Below are positions 26,293 through 40,382 of a stretch of 64,000 bases of DNA, piece by piece. The stretch is from Octopus vulgaris. Its lineage: Eukaryota. How positions within the stretch are numbered: the first letter of the stretch is position 1; every line of letters starts with the position of its first letter. A program made the position numbers and the translations under genes. The DNA lies in NCBI GenBank assembly GCA_951406725.2, contig OX597817.1:138570001-138634000 (forward strand). Direction: 5' to 3'. The notes under the pieces were generated by a model. The model did not search any database. It was given only the letters and a program-made list of their open reading frames with translations, and had not been told where the DNA came from.

Positions 26293-27278
26293 CAGAGAGT
26301 AGAAAGCCTCGAGATGATAGTAGCATTGGTCATCAAAGCAATCTATCTTGGACCAATAACCGGATTACTACCTCCCACTTTGAAGGGTATGCGTTTGCAA
26401 TCCAGGAACAGGAAATATCAACCAAATACCTGATGCACAAAAGGGAGAGAGATGCAGGCAAGGCAGTAAAGTGTAACAACCGATGCAGACTTTGTAGAGT
26501 TCACACTGAAGATATCACCCACATCATAAGCAGTTGTCCGGAAATGTCATCACAGTATTATTTACCGATGAGACATGATGTAGGTAGGACACTCTATAAT
26601 GAAATCTGTCGGAAGGAAAATACTGAGGACAAAGAAATAAGAACCCACAATATGGTAGAAGCCATAGCCACTCATAATAAAAAGAAATACTGGTGGAATG
26701 TCCCAGTGATGACCTCATTGAAATGTAAGCACAATTGACCTGATGTAAGGATTTGGGATAGAGAAGAGAAATTGTACAGGTTGTGGAAATTAGCTGCCCA
26801 GCGTGTATTGACATAAAGCTGAAGATCAGTGAAGAAGAGAATACCTACGATGAACTGAGAAATCTGCAGTTACTCTATCCAGATTACAAGTTCAAGTTTA
26901 TACCTGTAATTATTGGGGCCCTGTATATGTAACACACTGCCTAAATACCAATCATAAGAAATTACGCTTCTCAAAACCAGAAACGAGAAAGCTAATTCGA
27001 AGACTCCACATCTAATCCATCGCTGGAACTGTAAAAATCTGTAAAACTTTTCAGAAGTTTATCATTTAAATATAAATGAGCATGTCTAGATATGTAACTA
27101 TATGCATGAGAATACATACATAGAATATTCAAATCTGTACATGCATGCATACATAAATACATACATACAAAAATACCCTGTTGTTGATGTTGAAATTCCA
27201 ATGAAGGAGACTTGGATCTAGGTTAGAAACTGGCTTTTTCTCTATTGGCAAAAAAATCTTGAAATAAATTGAATAATG
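26293..27278 (+). mobile_element. R4/Dong-clade retrotransposon 3' fragment (CCHC knuckle and endonuclease) flanked by (TACA)n
   Basis: EGYAFAIQEQEISTKY...CRLCRVHTEDITHIISSC...RHD...HN*PDVRIWD...VEISCP...FIPVIIGAL. CATA repeats at both junctions. Confidence 0.88.
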
Positions 27279-27331
27279 ACATACATACATATATATATAT
27301 TTCTTATATAATGACGTACATATATATATTT

Positions 27332-27540
27332 CTTAAGAAATTAGACTTCTCAAAACCAGAAAGGAGAAAGAAAATTCGAAGACTACAGATCCAATCCATC
27401 ACTGGGACTATAAAAATTTATAAAACTTTCAAGAGGTTTATCATTTAAATATAAATGAGCATATCTAGATGTGCAATTATATGCATGAGAATACATACAT
27501 AAAAGAAAACATACAAATCTGCACATATGCACACATGCAC
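27332..27540 (+). mobile_element. Diverged second copy of the ORF end and 3' UTR of the 26.3 kb element
   Basis: AAGAAATTA..CTTCTCAAAACCAGAAA..ATCATTTAAATATAAATGAGCAT repeats 26955-27150. Confidence 0.85.
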
Positions 27541-27615
27541 ACTCAGTTTGAGTATTGGTCTGTTAAAGTCTCTCTCTCTTTTTCTTTATCTCTCTCTCAT
27601 ATATATATTTACATC

Positions 27616-27650
<35 letters not shown>

Positions 27651-27652
<2 letters not shown>

Positions 27653-28392
27653 AGAAAAAAGCAACAAAAATGGATTAGTTGTTCAATACAATTGTTTCAT
27701 ACGAAGAACAGCTTTATTAAAAGCTGCAAATATTGCAGCAAATACAAGTGTCCCGTATTCATCAGCCAAAACACATATGAGTTTCCAAACATCTTAGTGG
27801 GTGAGGCTACACTCATGAAGTATCGAAGAGAGTTCTATAAAAAGCAAATTTAGATTGTAAGCAGACTTCAAAAGTTCTCTAATGATGCACAGTTTTATAA
27901 AAGGTTTTAAAAAGCTTGTTAGCTTCAGAAAAGGTAAATCCATCCATAATAATGGAAATTACACCTACATTATTATGGATGGATTTACCTTTTCTGTGAA
28001 GCTAACAAGATTTTTTAAAACCTTTTATAAAACTGTGCATCATTAGAGAACTTTTGAAGTCTGCTTACAATCTAAATTTGCTTTTTATAGAACTCTCTTC
28101 GATACTTCATGAGTGTAGCCTCACCCCCTAGGGTGTTTGGAAAACTCATATGTGTTTTGGCTGACGAATACGGGAAACTTGTATTTGCTGCAATATTTGC
28201 AGCTTTTAATAAAGCTGTTCTTCGTATGAAACAATTGTACTGAACAACTAATCCATTTTTGTTGCTTTTTCTTGTTTATAATCACCCCGCATTATTTTAT
28301 GGTTAATACCATATAGATTTCCGGTGCATCTAAGTTAAGTACCGCATTCATGTGAATTCATTGGAACTCACTTGAATCTTAATTGCTTTTAC

Positions 28393-28397
<5 letters not shown>
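27651..28397. mobile_element. Fold-back hammerhead element with inverted arms of about 305 bp, between (TA)n tracts
   Basis: Arms 27651-27956 and 27970-28274. Folds: plus 28154-28245 (CTGACGA-ATACG...CGTAT-GAAAC-AATT-GTA), minus 27681-27772 (CTGATGA). Confidence 0.88.
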
Positions 28398-28433
<36 letters not shown>

Positions 28434-28786
28434 AGGTTCACGAATCGGGATGTAGGAAGTTTGTAAGCTTTGAGCACTCCGTGGTAAGTAAAAAAAAAAA
28501 CATCTTTCAGGAAAAATAATTTATTTACATCGAAGTTTGTATGCTTTTCCCATATCGAAGTTCGATAAGCTGAAAAAATAATACACCCGGCGCGTTTACT
28601 TGGAATTCTTGAACGGAAATGTAGCCTTCATATAATAAAGATATGCCTTCGGCCAGATGAGCAGGTAGATGAGCACCCCTCGTTGATTAATTATTACTTC
28701 CGAAAAATCTGCTAGCTGTATACACACACGCATATATACATACACATACATAAGTACAAGCATATATATTGACATACATACATACA

Positions 28787-29824
<1,038 letters not shown>

Positions 29825-29851
29825 TACATACATACATACATGCATACATAC

Positions 29852-29921
<70 letters not shown>

Positions 29922-29927
29922 TGTTTA

Positions 29928-30058
29928 TAGGTTGCGATGGGTAAATTATCGTCTAAATTACGCAAAAATGAAAATAACACTGACATCTCATTTTAACAGA
30001 TATATCAAACAAAGTTACATAAGAATATCTTGAAATACTAAAGAATAAATTTACTCAG
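29928..30058 (-). mobile_element. Terminal fragment of the DD37D element family
   Basis: CGTCTAAATTAC..AAAATAACACTGACATCTCAT..GAAATACTAAAGA matches 6905-7015. Confidence 0.8.
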
Positions 30059-30303
30059 TTTTTCTGTTGTAAAAAAATGGCTTTTCCGTTTTCGTTTCTT
30101 GTTGAGTTCTACGTCTAGTTGTGGTGTCCTGTACTCACGTATATATATTTATATATGCATGTATATATACATGTAGATGTAGGTACGTACATATATGTTT
30201 GTATGTATGCATATATTTTATTTTTACACTATTGTCTGACAGTGCCTTCGTGTCGGGTTCGTTTCGATTCGTCGCTTCGTTCCGTTTCTTATACTCCCAG
30301 TAC

Positions 30304-30360
<57 letters not shown>

Positions 30361-30380
30361 TTATATATATATATATATAT

Positions 30381-30700
30381 AGGGAGAGAATTCACAAAAA
30401 ACAAAACAAAAGACGAAGACAGGTGGTGTACAAAACAAACAGATGTATTAGTCTTACTCTCGGGAATTGAAAAAGTCTTTAACGTTTCGAGCATACGCTC
30501 TTCCACAGAAAGAAACAAGGATAGAAAATAAAGAATGTGTAGTGGCTAGCGATCTATCATGGCGAATGCCGGACAGAGGGGTCACACAGGAGAGCTAGGA
30601 AGAAAGTGGGATAATAAAGTAATGGTGATCCCAGTACGAAGGTGCGCGTGCGTGTGTATAAAAGAGCATGTATGTTCCTGTAGAAAAGGGCTGGTGACCT
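30381..30700 (-). mobile_element. Hammerhead-like repeat, GAGC-N4-GCTC family, copy 2
   Basis: Minus strand CTTT-CTGTGGA-AGAGC GTAT GCTC-GAAACGTT-AAAG (30477-30512). The 3' end abuts (TA)n. Confidence 0.65.
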
Positions 30701-30849
30701 TGACGTCTGCGTGTGTGCATGTGTGTATATATATATATATACATACATACATACATATATAAATATATGTGCGTACATGCTTACATACATATTCGTACGT
30801 GCATACATACGATTCATTCACAGCAATTCATTCAGGATCTTGTTAGCAT

Positions 30850-31210
30850 CACGATTCACGATGCTAACCTGTAGAAGCTGGAGAAAAGGAGAATATCCGG
30901 GACTTTTTAGAGCAGAGGGAAAAAAAGTTAAAAACCACAGGAAGTCGGTTGTGGTGTAACTGGCCTAAACTGCCGGAAGGATTATTATAGCAGCACGATG
31001 AACCAAAGTCCAACATCCACTGGTAGCTACTCGCAACACGTAAACAAGTCTTGGTGTCAGATTTTACACTGCAAAAAGGCATCCTACAAGGCGATCGTTG
31101 GACATTGTTGCTCTTTGCTTTGTTGTTAAACCTATTGTCAGACTCGCAACAAAATGTAGCGTTTATGATAACAAATACTTAATCATCAAACATCTGTGTA
31201 AGAAGCAAGT
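30850..31210 (+). pseudogene. Degenerate non-LTR reverse transcriptase fragment
   Basis: FTLQKGILQGDRWTLLLFALLLNLLS resembles the RT motif GIxQGDxLSPLLF. Confidence 0.6.
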
Positions 31211-31589
31211 ATTAGCCACATCAAAACCACATCAAAATCTGGTTGCTCAATATTCAGCAGTCATTGGAATGAAATTCTGTGAGTCTAATGGAATTTTTTG
31301 ACGAGATGTCGGGTAAAACTCTTTCCTTTTCCTACCCCTTATTAAAACGAACGGTTTGTTTGACAATGCAGTAGTTATATATTTGAGTGTCTTGGAGAAG
31401 ATGGCAAGGTCGGGTTTGAAGAGAGGCCTTTCACAGGACCAATCCCTTCTCTAAACAACGTATGCATTTGCTCTAAAGGAAGAATTAATCTACATCATTG
31501 GGTGCAAATGGTTTCGCCAGTACTAAGTCAGTGTTTCTCTTCCTCTAAAGACATGTCTAGCAAAGATTAGGGATCGCTCACTTGCAGCT

Positions 31590-31762
31590 GTTGGATGGCC
31601 GTTGTGTCCATCCGTCCTTTAACAGGGTTTTATTTCCGTCCCACAGGGTGCTCAACGAAAACCATCATCAGGCGAATTTGGTTGGGTCACCGGTTTAGTC
31701 ACCAACGGCCCGACCATGCAAAAGTTCCTCTAGGTTACATGTTATCAGAAGCGCTAAAAGTA
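31590..31762 (-). mobile_element. Degenerate copy of the 5' part of the 52.6 kb RTE-derived element
   Basis: GGATGGCCGTTG..CCGGTTTAGTC..CCCGACCATGCAA..GGTTACATGTTATCAG is the reverse complement of 52575-52752. Confidence 0.75.
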
Positions 31763-32635
31763 TGGAGGTTGCTTTTGAGATGGAATATTGTGGTTTCATA
31801 GCTAAGTTTACCATGTCGTGAATGGTTGCAATCAGACCTACGAAAGATAGTGGAGCAGAGATTCTGGGCTCGGAAAGCGAGTCAGAAAATGCTTCAAAAG
31901 GTGTTTGACAAAAACATGTGGATATACATGAAATCCTTGTTAAAGACTAAAACATGTTTATCACATGGTTGGTGTGGCGACTACATGAAGAAGAGATGGC
32001 AAAGTGTCGGCCAAAAGAACTTTACCATTCTCTTGCTGCATCAATGCTGCGTGGCTCCGTTGCTGTCGGTGAAGCTGGAAAGTCTTGAAATTATCGTGTC
32101 CTTCTGTCGAGGAAAACTGACGCAAAAGAGGGGCGTCTCGCCACGAAAGCTGTCTCTATTCAGTGTGTATATGCAGTTGTGTGTGTATGTGTATTTCTAT
32201 ATTATACGTGTATACATATATATTAAGCTGTATTTGTGTCTGTTCGCTATGTGTGAATATATATATATATATATATATAGGTTTATGTGTACATGTGTGT
32301 GTGTGTGTGTGAGAGTGTGTGTGCGTGTGTATGTGTGTGTGTATGTGTACGCGCGTATGTGTGTGTAGCGATCACACCTGTAGAGAGGTGACGCTAGAGT
32401 ATGATGTTATCCTAGCGTTAACAGACAGCTGTCATGGCGGCTATGACATCTCGGTGGGACTTCTTTATTTGCTTTCTGATACTTTAAAGTAGTAGTAGTA
32501 GTAGTAGTAGTTGTTGTTGTTGCTACTGTTGTCGTTGGTGGTTGGCGAGTCTTTTATCTTCACTCCTCTCCACCTCTCTTTGACATCTTTCCCGTTTACT
32601 CTTCAGATAGCATTGCTCACACATATATGTATATG

Positions 32636-32740
<105 letters not shown>

Positions 32741-32771
32741 GTATATGTATATATATAACAAAGTGGAGTTG

Positions 32772-32810
<39 letters not shown>

Positions 32811-32899
32811 GCGCATTCCGTTTTTGGAACTCTCTGGCCTTATAAAACCATGTTTTGACCACCTTTTTCCCTCAACTTCTGTTCTGCGCGCTTCTACAA

Positions 32900-33334
<435 letters not shown>

Positions 33335-34759
33335 CAAAGTGGAGTTGTATATATATATATATATACAAACATGTATGCATGCATACGTGAATGTGTGTGC
33401 GCACGTGTGTGTGTGTTTGTGTGAGTGTGTGTGTGTGTGTGTGAGTGTGTGTGTGAATTTTACCATATCCTTCCTGCATGGACTAACTCTTGTTATTTTT
33501 TTTTTTGCTTCCGTGTCATTCTCTTCTCGTAGACTCTGTTACCAGTTTGATGTTCACATGCAAATGGTAACAGTAATGGAATTGGAATGGAGAATCGGCC
33601 ATGCCACCAATTACAAATTGAAACTACGATCTAGCTCGGTCAAAAGCCAGAAAATATGACCTCTATCGCTCAAAATGGTCGATGAAACCGTTCCCAAAAT
33701 ATGACTGGTACCTAGTTGATGATTGGGATATTTCGATTGTTGAACGTAAAATGTCGGAAACTCATGGTTTGAAAAGGATTTCTTTCGTCTGTCTTGTAAA
33801 CAACTTTCACATGCAAGTGTTACCAGTTGAGAACTCCGCATACCGGTAACCAGCAAGTGTATGAGGTCATCAGGAGAGAATGCGAACCGTTTCGGGACCT
33901 TCCTCTCGACAGCATCAATGCGCACCGGCTCTCCTCACTGATAAGATTGCTAGATCAACTGGTAATCAAATAAAGATCAATATTCTTCTAGCCATCGCTC
34001 ATCGTCTCTTTTTAACCAAATCCAGTGGTTAGCCTTTTCCACTGTAGTTTGGATATCGGTCATGGATAAATAAAAGAAAGAAGTCAGTGAGGTGTTGTGC
34101 TTGTTATTCACTGGTCAAATGTTCGAAACCATCGGGGACGTTTAGTGGTTCGTTTCTTTAACGTGTACGATGCATTATTCGACATAAATCAATTGATCTA
34201 AATTATTGGAAATATATTCCAGTTAATTTTGTTACCTGCGATTGATTGATGTTCGATCCTGGAGAGGGTAGGAATACGGTGTTATCTTACAAACACTAAC
34301 CATCGAAATCGGCAATGGTAACCACTAACTCACATGGACCTTAATGAGACAAGGCATTGCTCAAAGACATTCCAACCGTGACCATCACAGTATTTCATAA
34401 ATCAGAGTTTACAAAGTCCAATGAGTCCTTCTTTTGGTCAAATGGTGTAATTTGAGGAAGATTTGGTGGTTATTTTTATAGCCCAAGAGCTCGTGTTGAG
34501 TCCCCTTGTTGGTTTATTGTGAATATGGAGATAAGATTCACATTTCACTCGTCTTCTCCCAAGACATCTCACTCTATATATCTCACTTCTCATTGTTGCT
34601 GCATTTTCAGAGGAAAGCTTAAAGTAAGTTGCACTGACTCCTTATCCAGGAATAGATTGGTCTCACATTCACTAAAGGTCTTTGGATCAATCATCAACCA
34701 TGTAAACCCCTGTGACTGGTCGAATGATGATGAGAAGGAGGATGATTAAATTTTTCTAC

Positions 34760-34955
34760 TCTGGGCATAAGGCCTGAGATTTTGGTAGAGGGGAAAAATC
34801 AATCACATAGACCTCAGTGGTTAACTGGCATTTGTTTTAATGATGCTGGAATGGCGGAAGACAAAGGTGACCTGAGCAGAATTAGAACTCAGAACGTTAA
34901 GAGTCGAAAGAAATGCCGCGAAACATTTTGTCCAGCGAGCTAACAATTCTGCCGA
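34760..34955 (-). mobile_element. SINE family A, degenerate
   Basis: AGAATTAGAACTCAGAACG...GCTAACAATTCTGCC match the reverse complement of the head. Confidence 0.65.
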
Positions 34956-35516
34956 ATAGCAAATTAACAATAATGATAATGATGACGATGATGGTGATGA
35001 TGATGAGGAAGAGGAGGCGGAGGAGGTGAGGAGAAAGAGGAGGAAGAGGATAGTAGCAACAACAACAATTACGACAGCAATACTAATAATTTATCGCTAT
35101 CAGTAACGATCGTCTGCTCAAACGTGAACGATGTCAATCTGACTCGATCACGGACCATGAGTTTTTCTAGATGATTCCAAAAGAGAATCGGATATCGGAG
35201 ACAGGACTAACAGAGAATTAGCGTCATTTGAACGCTTACCCCCGTTGGGAGTCAACATGAGGTCGACTACTTAACTCCTGGGGCCAGTGAAGCGAGCACG
35301 TCTTTTTGTTTTAGGTGATTGTTGGTGGCCATTTTATTAAGTCTCATACTTTAAACGCCTTCCCTTCTTGCCCCACTAACAACTATTTCCTAACAACTCA
35401 GACATGCTTGCGTTGATTACACACACACACACCACCACCACCACCACCACCACCACCACAACTAAAACAATAACAACCACCAACACCACCAACACCATAT
35501 AGACACACACACATAC

Positions 35517-35597
<81 letters not shown>

Positions 35598-35940
35598 TAT
35601 GTATAAATACATATATGCATACAAAGGCAGAGAAAGTCATGTGTGTGTGTGTATGTGTGTGTGTGTTTGTGTGTGTGTGTGTACAATCAACGCAAGCGTG
35701 CCTGAGTTGTTAGGAAATTTACTTTGTAACCATAAGGCCCCGTTTTTAACTTTACTGTATGAAATGTTTTGACGATAGCCTTGGGTCAAGCCAAATCTTG
35801 AGAACGAAACCTGTTCGATGGAAACTACGAAAATGTATCAACCGTCGGTAATCCATTGGTCCAACTTGGTCACGCAATTCAACCAGTTTCGAGTTCATTT
35901 AACGAGAAATCAATTTGAATGAAGAACAAAATGTTGTTCC

Positions 35941-36094
35941 AGTTCTACCTTCGAGAGATGAGGAATTATGAACATTATTTACATTTGACGGATATTTGTC
36001 CTCATCGCCATATGCCCACGGGCATATGGCGTAGTGGTTAAGAGCGTGGGCTATTAACCCCAAGATTCTGAGTTCGATTCCGTGTAGTGACCTG

Positions 36095-36168
<74 letters not shown>

Positions 36169-36320
36169 GGATAATAACATCGAAAAATACCTTAGGGATG
36201 AGAACCCAGGTTCGGAATTTCCCGTAGACACCTGATGAAGGCTGGAGAGTATATCAGCTGAAACGTTGTGTTAACAACAAAGAAGATGAGGACAAATATC
36301 TGTCAAATGTAAATAATGTA
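35941..36320 (+). mobile_element. tRNA-headed, hammerhead-containing short element, preceded by an inverted deleted copy
   Basis: Head from 36020 with A-box TGGCGTAGTGG and B-box GTTCGATTCC, then (CTA)(TAA)n and a hammerhead at 36227-36272. 35941-36017 contains the inverted 3' end plus the inverted first 12 nt. Confidence 0.82.
36227..36272 (+). ncRNA. Minimal type I hammerhead ribozyme
   Basis: GACAC-CTGATGA-AGGCTG(10 nt)CAGCT-GAAA-CG-TT-GTGTT. Perfect core, 5-bp stem I, loop-less palindromic stem III (AACGTT). Confidence 0.8.
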
Positions 36321-36452
36321 AAATGTTATTCGTCGGAATATTCAGCTTCTTTCACAGCTGAACTTACATCTACAGTCTCGTCTTAGTATGATGTTAATCA
36401 TAATGGAAATCCTCTGACCTTGAAAATATAAACCATCAACATCTATATCATT

Positions 36453-36596
36453 ACATTATGTACATTATTTACATTTGACGGATATTTGTCCTCATCTTGT
36501 TTGTTGTTAACGCAACGTTTCGGCTCCAACCTTCATCGGGGAAATTTCGCACCTGGGTTCTCATTTCTAAGCTATTTTTCGATGTTGTTGTTATTA

Positions 36597-36664
<68 letters not shown>

Positions 36665-37152
36665 TTTTTCTTCTTTCTTCAAATTTCTTTCGTTTCTCGC
36701 CGAGTGTTTTCCGTACACCTAGGGCAGAGATGCTCATTGTATGCATTCCCAGATTACAAGCGCAAATTCACAGGTAAAATGTGTATTTAAAAATTAATAA
36801 ATAAATAAATTCATTCATGAATGGATGTTGTTTCCACAGCGATAATGCTTTACTCAGTACATGAGCCGTTCCAGTTAATACGATTTTTTGCACTTCCCGT
36901 AGGGATGGTAAGCCTGGTATCATTTTCAATTAGGTTTCAGTACCTTTTTTTTTAATCATTCCTACAGATCCTACAATCACTGGTACTGTAGTCGCCTTGA
37001 GATGCCACATTTTTTCAATTTCTATTAGCAAGTCTTTATATTTACTGATCTTATCAAATTATTTTGCCGCTATATTGTGATCCACTGCCTGGAATCGAAC
37101 TCGGAATCTTGAGGTTAGTAACCCACGCTCTTTACCACTACGCCATATGCCC
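36453..37152 (-). mobile_element. Second copy of the tRNA-hammerhead element, interrupted by a Dong fragment
   Basis: Head 37083-37152 (GGGCATATGGCGTAGTGG..GTTCGATTCC on minus). Body 36453-36590 carries CCGATGA-AGGTTGGAGCC-GAAACGTT. Confidence 0.82.
36665..37082 (-). mobile_element. R4/Dong-clade 3' fragment ending in (TAA)n
   Basis: Minus translation KISKYKDLLIEIEKMWHLKATTVPVIVGSVG...VQKIVLTGTAHVLSKAL. Confidence 0.82.
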
Positions 37153-37904
37153 GACTAGAATCCATAAGGCCCCTGGTGCTGGTGGTGGTGGGGGACCATA
37201 TAAGAATTTCTTGTTAAGTCATCTGTAATAAATAAATATGTTTTACAATTAACAAAATATTTTAATAAATTTTTTTATACAATTCCTAATAATATTTAAT
37301 TACAATGATACATCATTTTTAAACGTTGAATGGCGAAAAGGAACCATCCGAGTAAAACTAGAATCAAAGGCGTCTATAGTCTGAAGAATGGTTGAGAGAC
37401 ACGGCTCTACATTGAGGTTGAAGTTGAACTGTGAGCTTTTATGATTATCTTGCCAAGTAACAGAAATCAGGATTGGCGCAGAAAAGACGTTGCGATCGAT
37501 GTTAGTTTCTGGTTGAGGGTTCTAATCACCACATTTCCTTTACATCCTAGATGTATGCATTTCTTGTCCTCTCCTTATTGAAGGGTCCATTATACTTGAA
37601 AAAGTTTGAGGCCCAAGCATCCCTTGATTTTAACATCTCTATTACGAGTTGCGTACTATGGCTAACCGCAAAAAAAAAGTGCAAAACCTTTAATGAAAAA
37701 CCCCACAATCGAATATAGACATGGCTCAGCATGTTGGAACCTCTCTGAACATCTGCTGCAAGAGGCGTCCCTCATTGCTACACCGATATAAAAGAGTGTA
37801 GGCCCCTCTAAAGTCACATCCATGATGCTTGAGAAAAAAAAACAATCAAACTATGGCGTTGATCGAAATCAGGTTGAAGCCATCAGGTATGTTTGTTTGT
37901 ACGA

Positions 37905-37940
<36 letters not shown>

Positions 37941-37942
<2 letters not shown>

Positions 37943-38130
37943 CTACAAAATTAGAGAATGGAGAAACATACTTAAATCAGTAAAACATCAACTATCCGAT
38001 GATACTCAATCCATACTTTAATACACCATTACATATGAGTAAAGGTAATATATAAAATGAAATGAGATATACAGTAATAGTAAAAAGATAAAGAGATATA
38101 AGTAAAAAATTTCAAATATAATATACAAAT
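37941..38130 (-). repeat. Partial duplicate of the 39.2-39.7 kb element
   Basis: ACTACAAAATTAGAGAATGGAGAAACATAC...TTCAAATATAATAT is nearly identical to 39324-39502. Bounded by (TA)n. Confidence 0.88.
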
Positions 38131-38308
38131 ATATATATATATATATTCACATGTGTGTGTGTGAGAGAGTGTGCTTATATGCATATATATATATATATAT
38201 ATATATAATATAATATATATATTATACAATATATATAATATATAATATATATGTATAATATATACATATATATAATATTTATATACTTATATATATGAGT
38301 GTGTCTGC

Positions 38309-38368
<60 letters not shown>

Positions 38369-38407
38369 TGAATAAATATATATATCTTTTACATATATAC
38401 ATATATA

Positions 38408-38552
38408 GGCGCAGGAGCTGCTGTGTAGTAAGAAGCTTGCTTTCCAGCCATATGTTTCCGGGTTCAGTCCCACTACGTGGCACCTTGAGAAAGTGTCTCC
38501 TACTATAGCCTCGGTGAGTGGATAAGGTAGACGGAAACTGAAAGAAGCCCGT

Positions 38553-38608
<56 letters not shown>

Positions 38609-38840
38609 ATGTATGTATATATTTGTGTGTCTGTGTTTTGTTACCCCATCATCGCTTGACAACCGATGCTGGTGTGTTTACGTCCATGCAGCTTAACGAT
38701 TCGGCAAAAAGAATTGATGGAATAAGTACTAGGCTTACAAAGAATAAGACCTGGGGTCGGTTAGTTTGACTAAAGGCGGTGCTCCAACATAGTCGCAGTC
38801 AAATGACTGAAGGAAGTTAAAGAGTAAAATAAAAGAATAT
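38408..38840 (+). mobile_element. SINE family B, full length
   Basis: GGCGCAGGAG head, B-box, internal (TA)n and tail. Confidence 0.9.
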
Positions 38841-39023
38841 ACAATATACATACACACACACACACACATACACATATATATATGTACATATACAGTGTAT
38901 ATGTTTCCATTCCTGTGCATTGATTACAGCATTAGACCATTTTAACTCTTATTTCTATCAATGTAGGTGTTTCCAATTTAGTGACTTTTGTAATTCTCGT
39001 TTTTGGTGAAACATCGCAAACTG

Positions 39024-39078
<55 letters not shown>

Positions 39079-39084
39079 GTATGT

Positions 39085-39148
<64 letters not shown>

Positions 39149-39151
<3 letters not shown>

Positions 39152-39700
39152 TTATAAAATGAGATAGGGGTTGAAAATTCAACCCACCATGGGATAATAT
39201 ATATCCAATATACTGCCAGATAGGTACCCAACAAGATTAATACATAGATGTTAAAAATTGTCAAACAATCAGTTCATCTATTGTATTATATGGGTAAAGG
39301 TAATAATATTACCGTAAATTAATACTACAAAATTAGAGAATGGAGAAACATACTTAAATCAATAAAACATCAACCATCCGATGATACCCAATCAATACTT
39401 TAATACACCATTACATATGAGTAAAGGCATTATACAAAATGAGATATACAGTAATAGTAAAAAGATAAAGAGATATAAGTAAAAAATTTCAAATATAATA
39501 TGCAATTAAATCAAAACTGACAGCTGTTTCGGCAGTGAGGGCAGTCATACCTCATTTAACCTATAAGCCATAAAGGCAGGTATAAATGAGGCATTAACAA
39601 GGATGCCCCACGGCCTCTTCAGAGAATTAAATTAAATTTGTTATAATTGTGAAAAATATTATATAATCATATACATATAAATATAAAAATATAAAAATAT
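39149..39700 (-). mobile_element. Hammerhead-bearing element with a long stem II
   Basis: Minus strand CTGAAGA-GGCCGTGGGGCA...TGCCCTCACTGCC-GAAAC-AGCT-GTC (39513-39628). The 3' end abuts (TA)n. Confidence 0.75.
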
Positions 39701-39971
39701 AAAATATAAAAACTTATACATCATAATGCTACACTTATATAATATAATACTCATTGGTACAATGAAGGAAGGTAAGCAGAACAAAATAAAACAAAATATA
39801 TATCAGTGTATATATTAATATTAATAAGTACCGATATTATACATATTTGGCTAAAAGTTTTTTTTTAAAAAAACTAACACATAGGGAGATGAAAAATAAT
39901 AATTAAAATTAAAACCATGGTTCAGTTCATAAAATTCTAAAGTTATAAAAGTTAATAAAATTACTATTAAT

Positions 39972-40008
<37 letters not shown>

Positions 40009-40031
40009 GATACAGTTATCTATATGTATGT

Positions 40032-40102
<71 letters not shown>

Positions 40103-40382
40103 TATATTTTATATATATTATTTATTTATATATTTCCTATATATATGTATTTATATATATATATATATATATATGTAAAACATTCGTGAAGTAAAATCAT
40201 GTAGCAACAACAAATGGCGGTGCCCCAGCATGGCCACAGCTCGTGAGCTGAAACTAGATAAAATAAAAAAAATAAATTAAAATATATAGATAGATAGATA
40301 GATAGATAGATATGCAGTTAAAGGAAGAAGAAAATGGACAGTAGGAAGCTGACGAGGTTAATATATCCTCAAATTAAATATA

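Noticed and set aside
31826-32160. Non-repetitive part of a 180-aa ORF
   Set aside because: No recognisable domain, and it lies among decayed retroelements.
33540-33960. Possible very old non-LTR RT fragment on the minus strand
   Set aside because: The resemblance to RT motifs is too weak to call by eye.
36020-36090. tRNA gene
   Set aside because: No acceptor-stem pairing, and the anticodon loop differs between the two copies.
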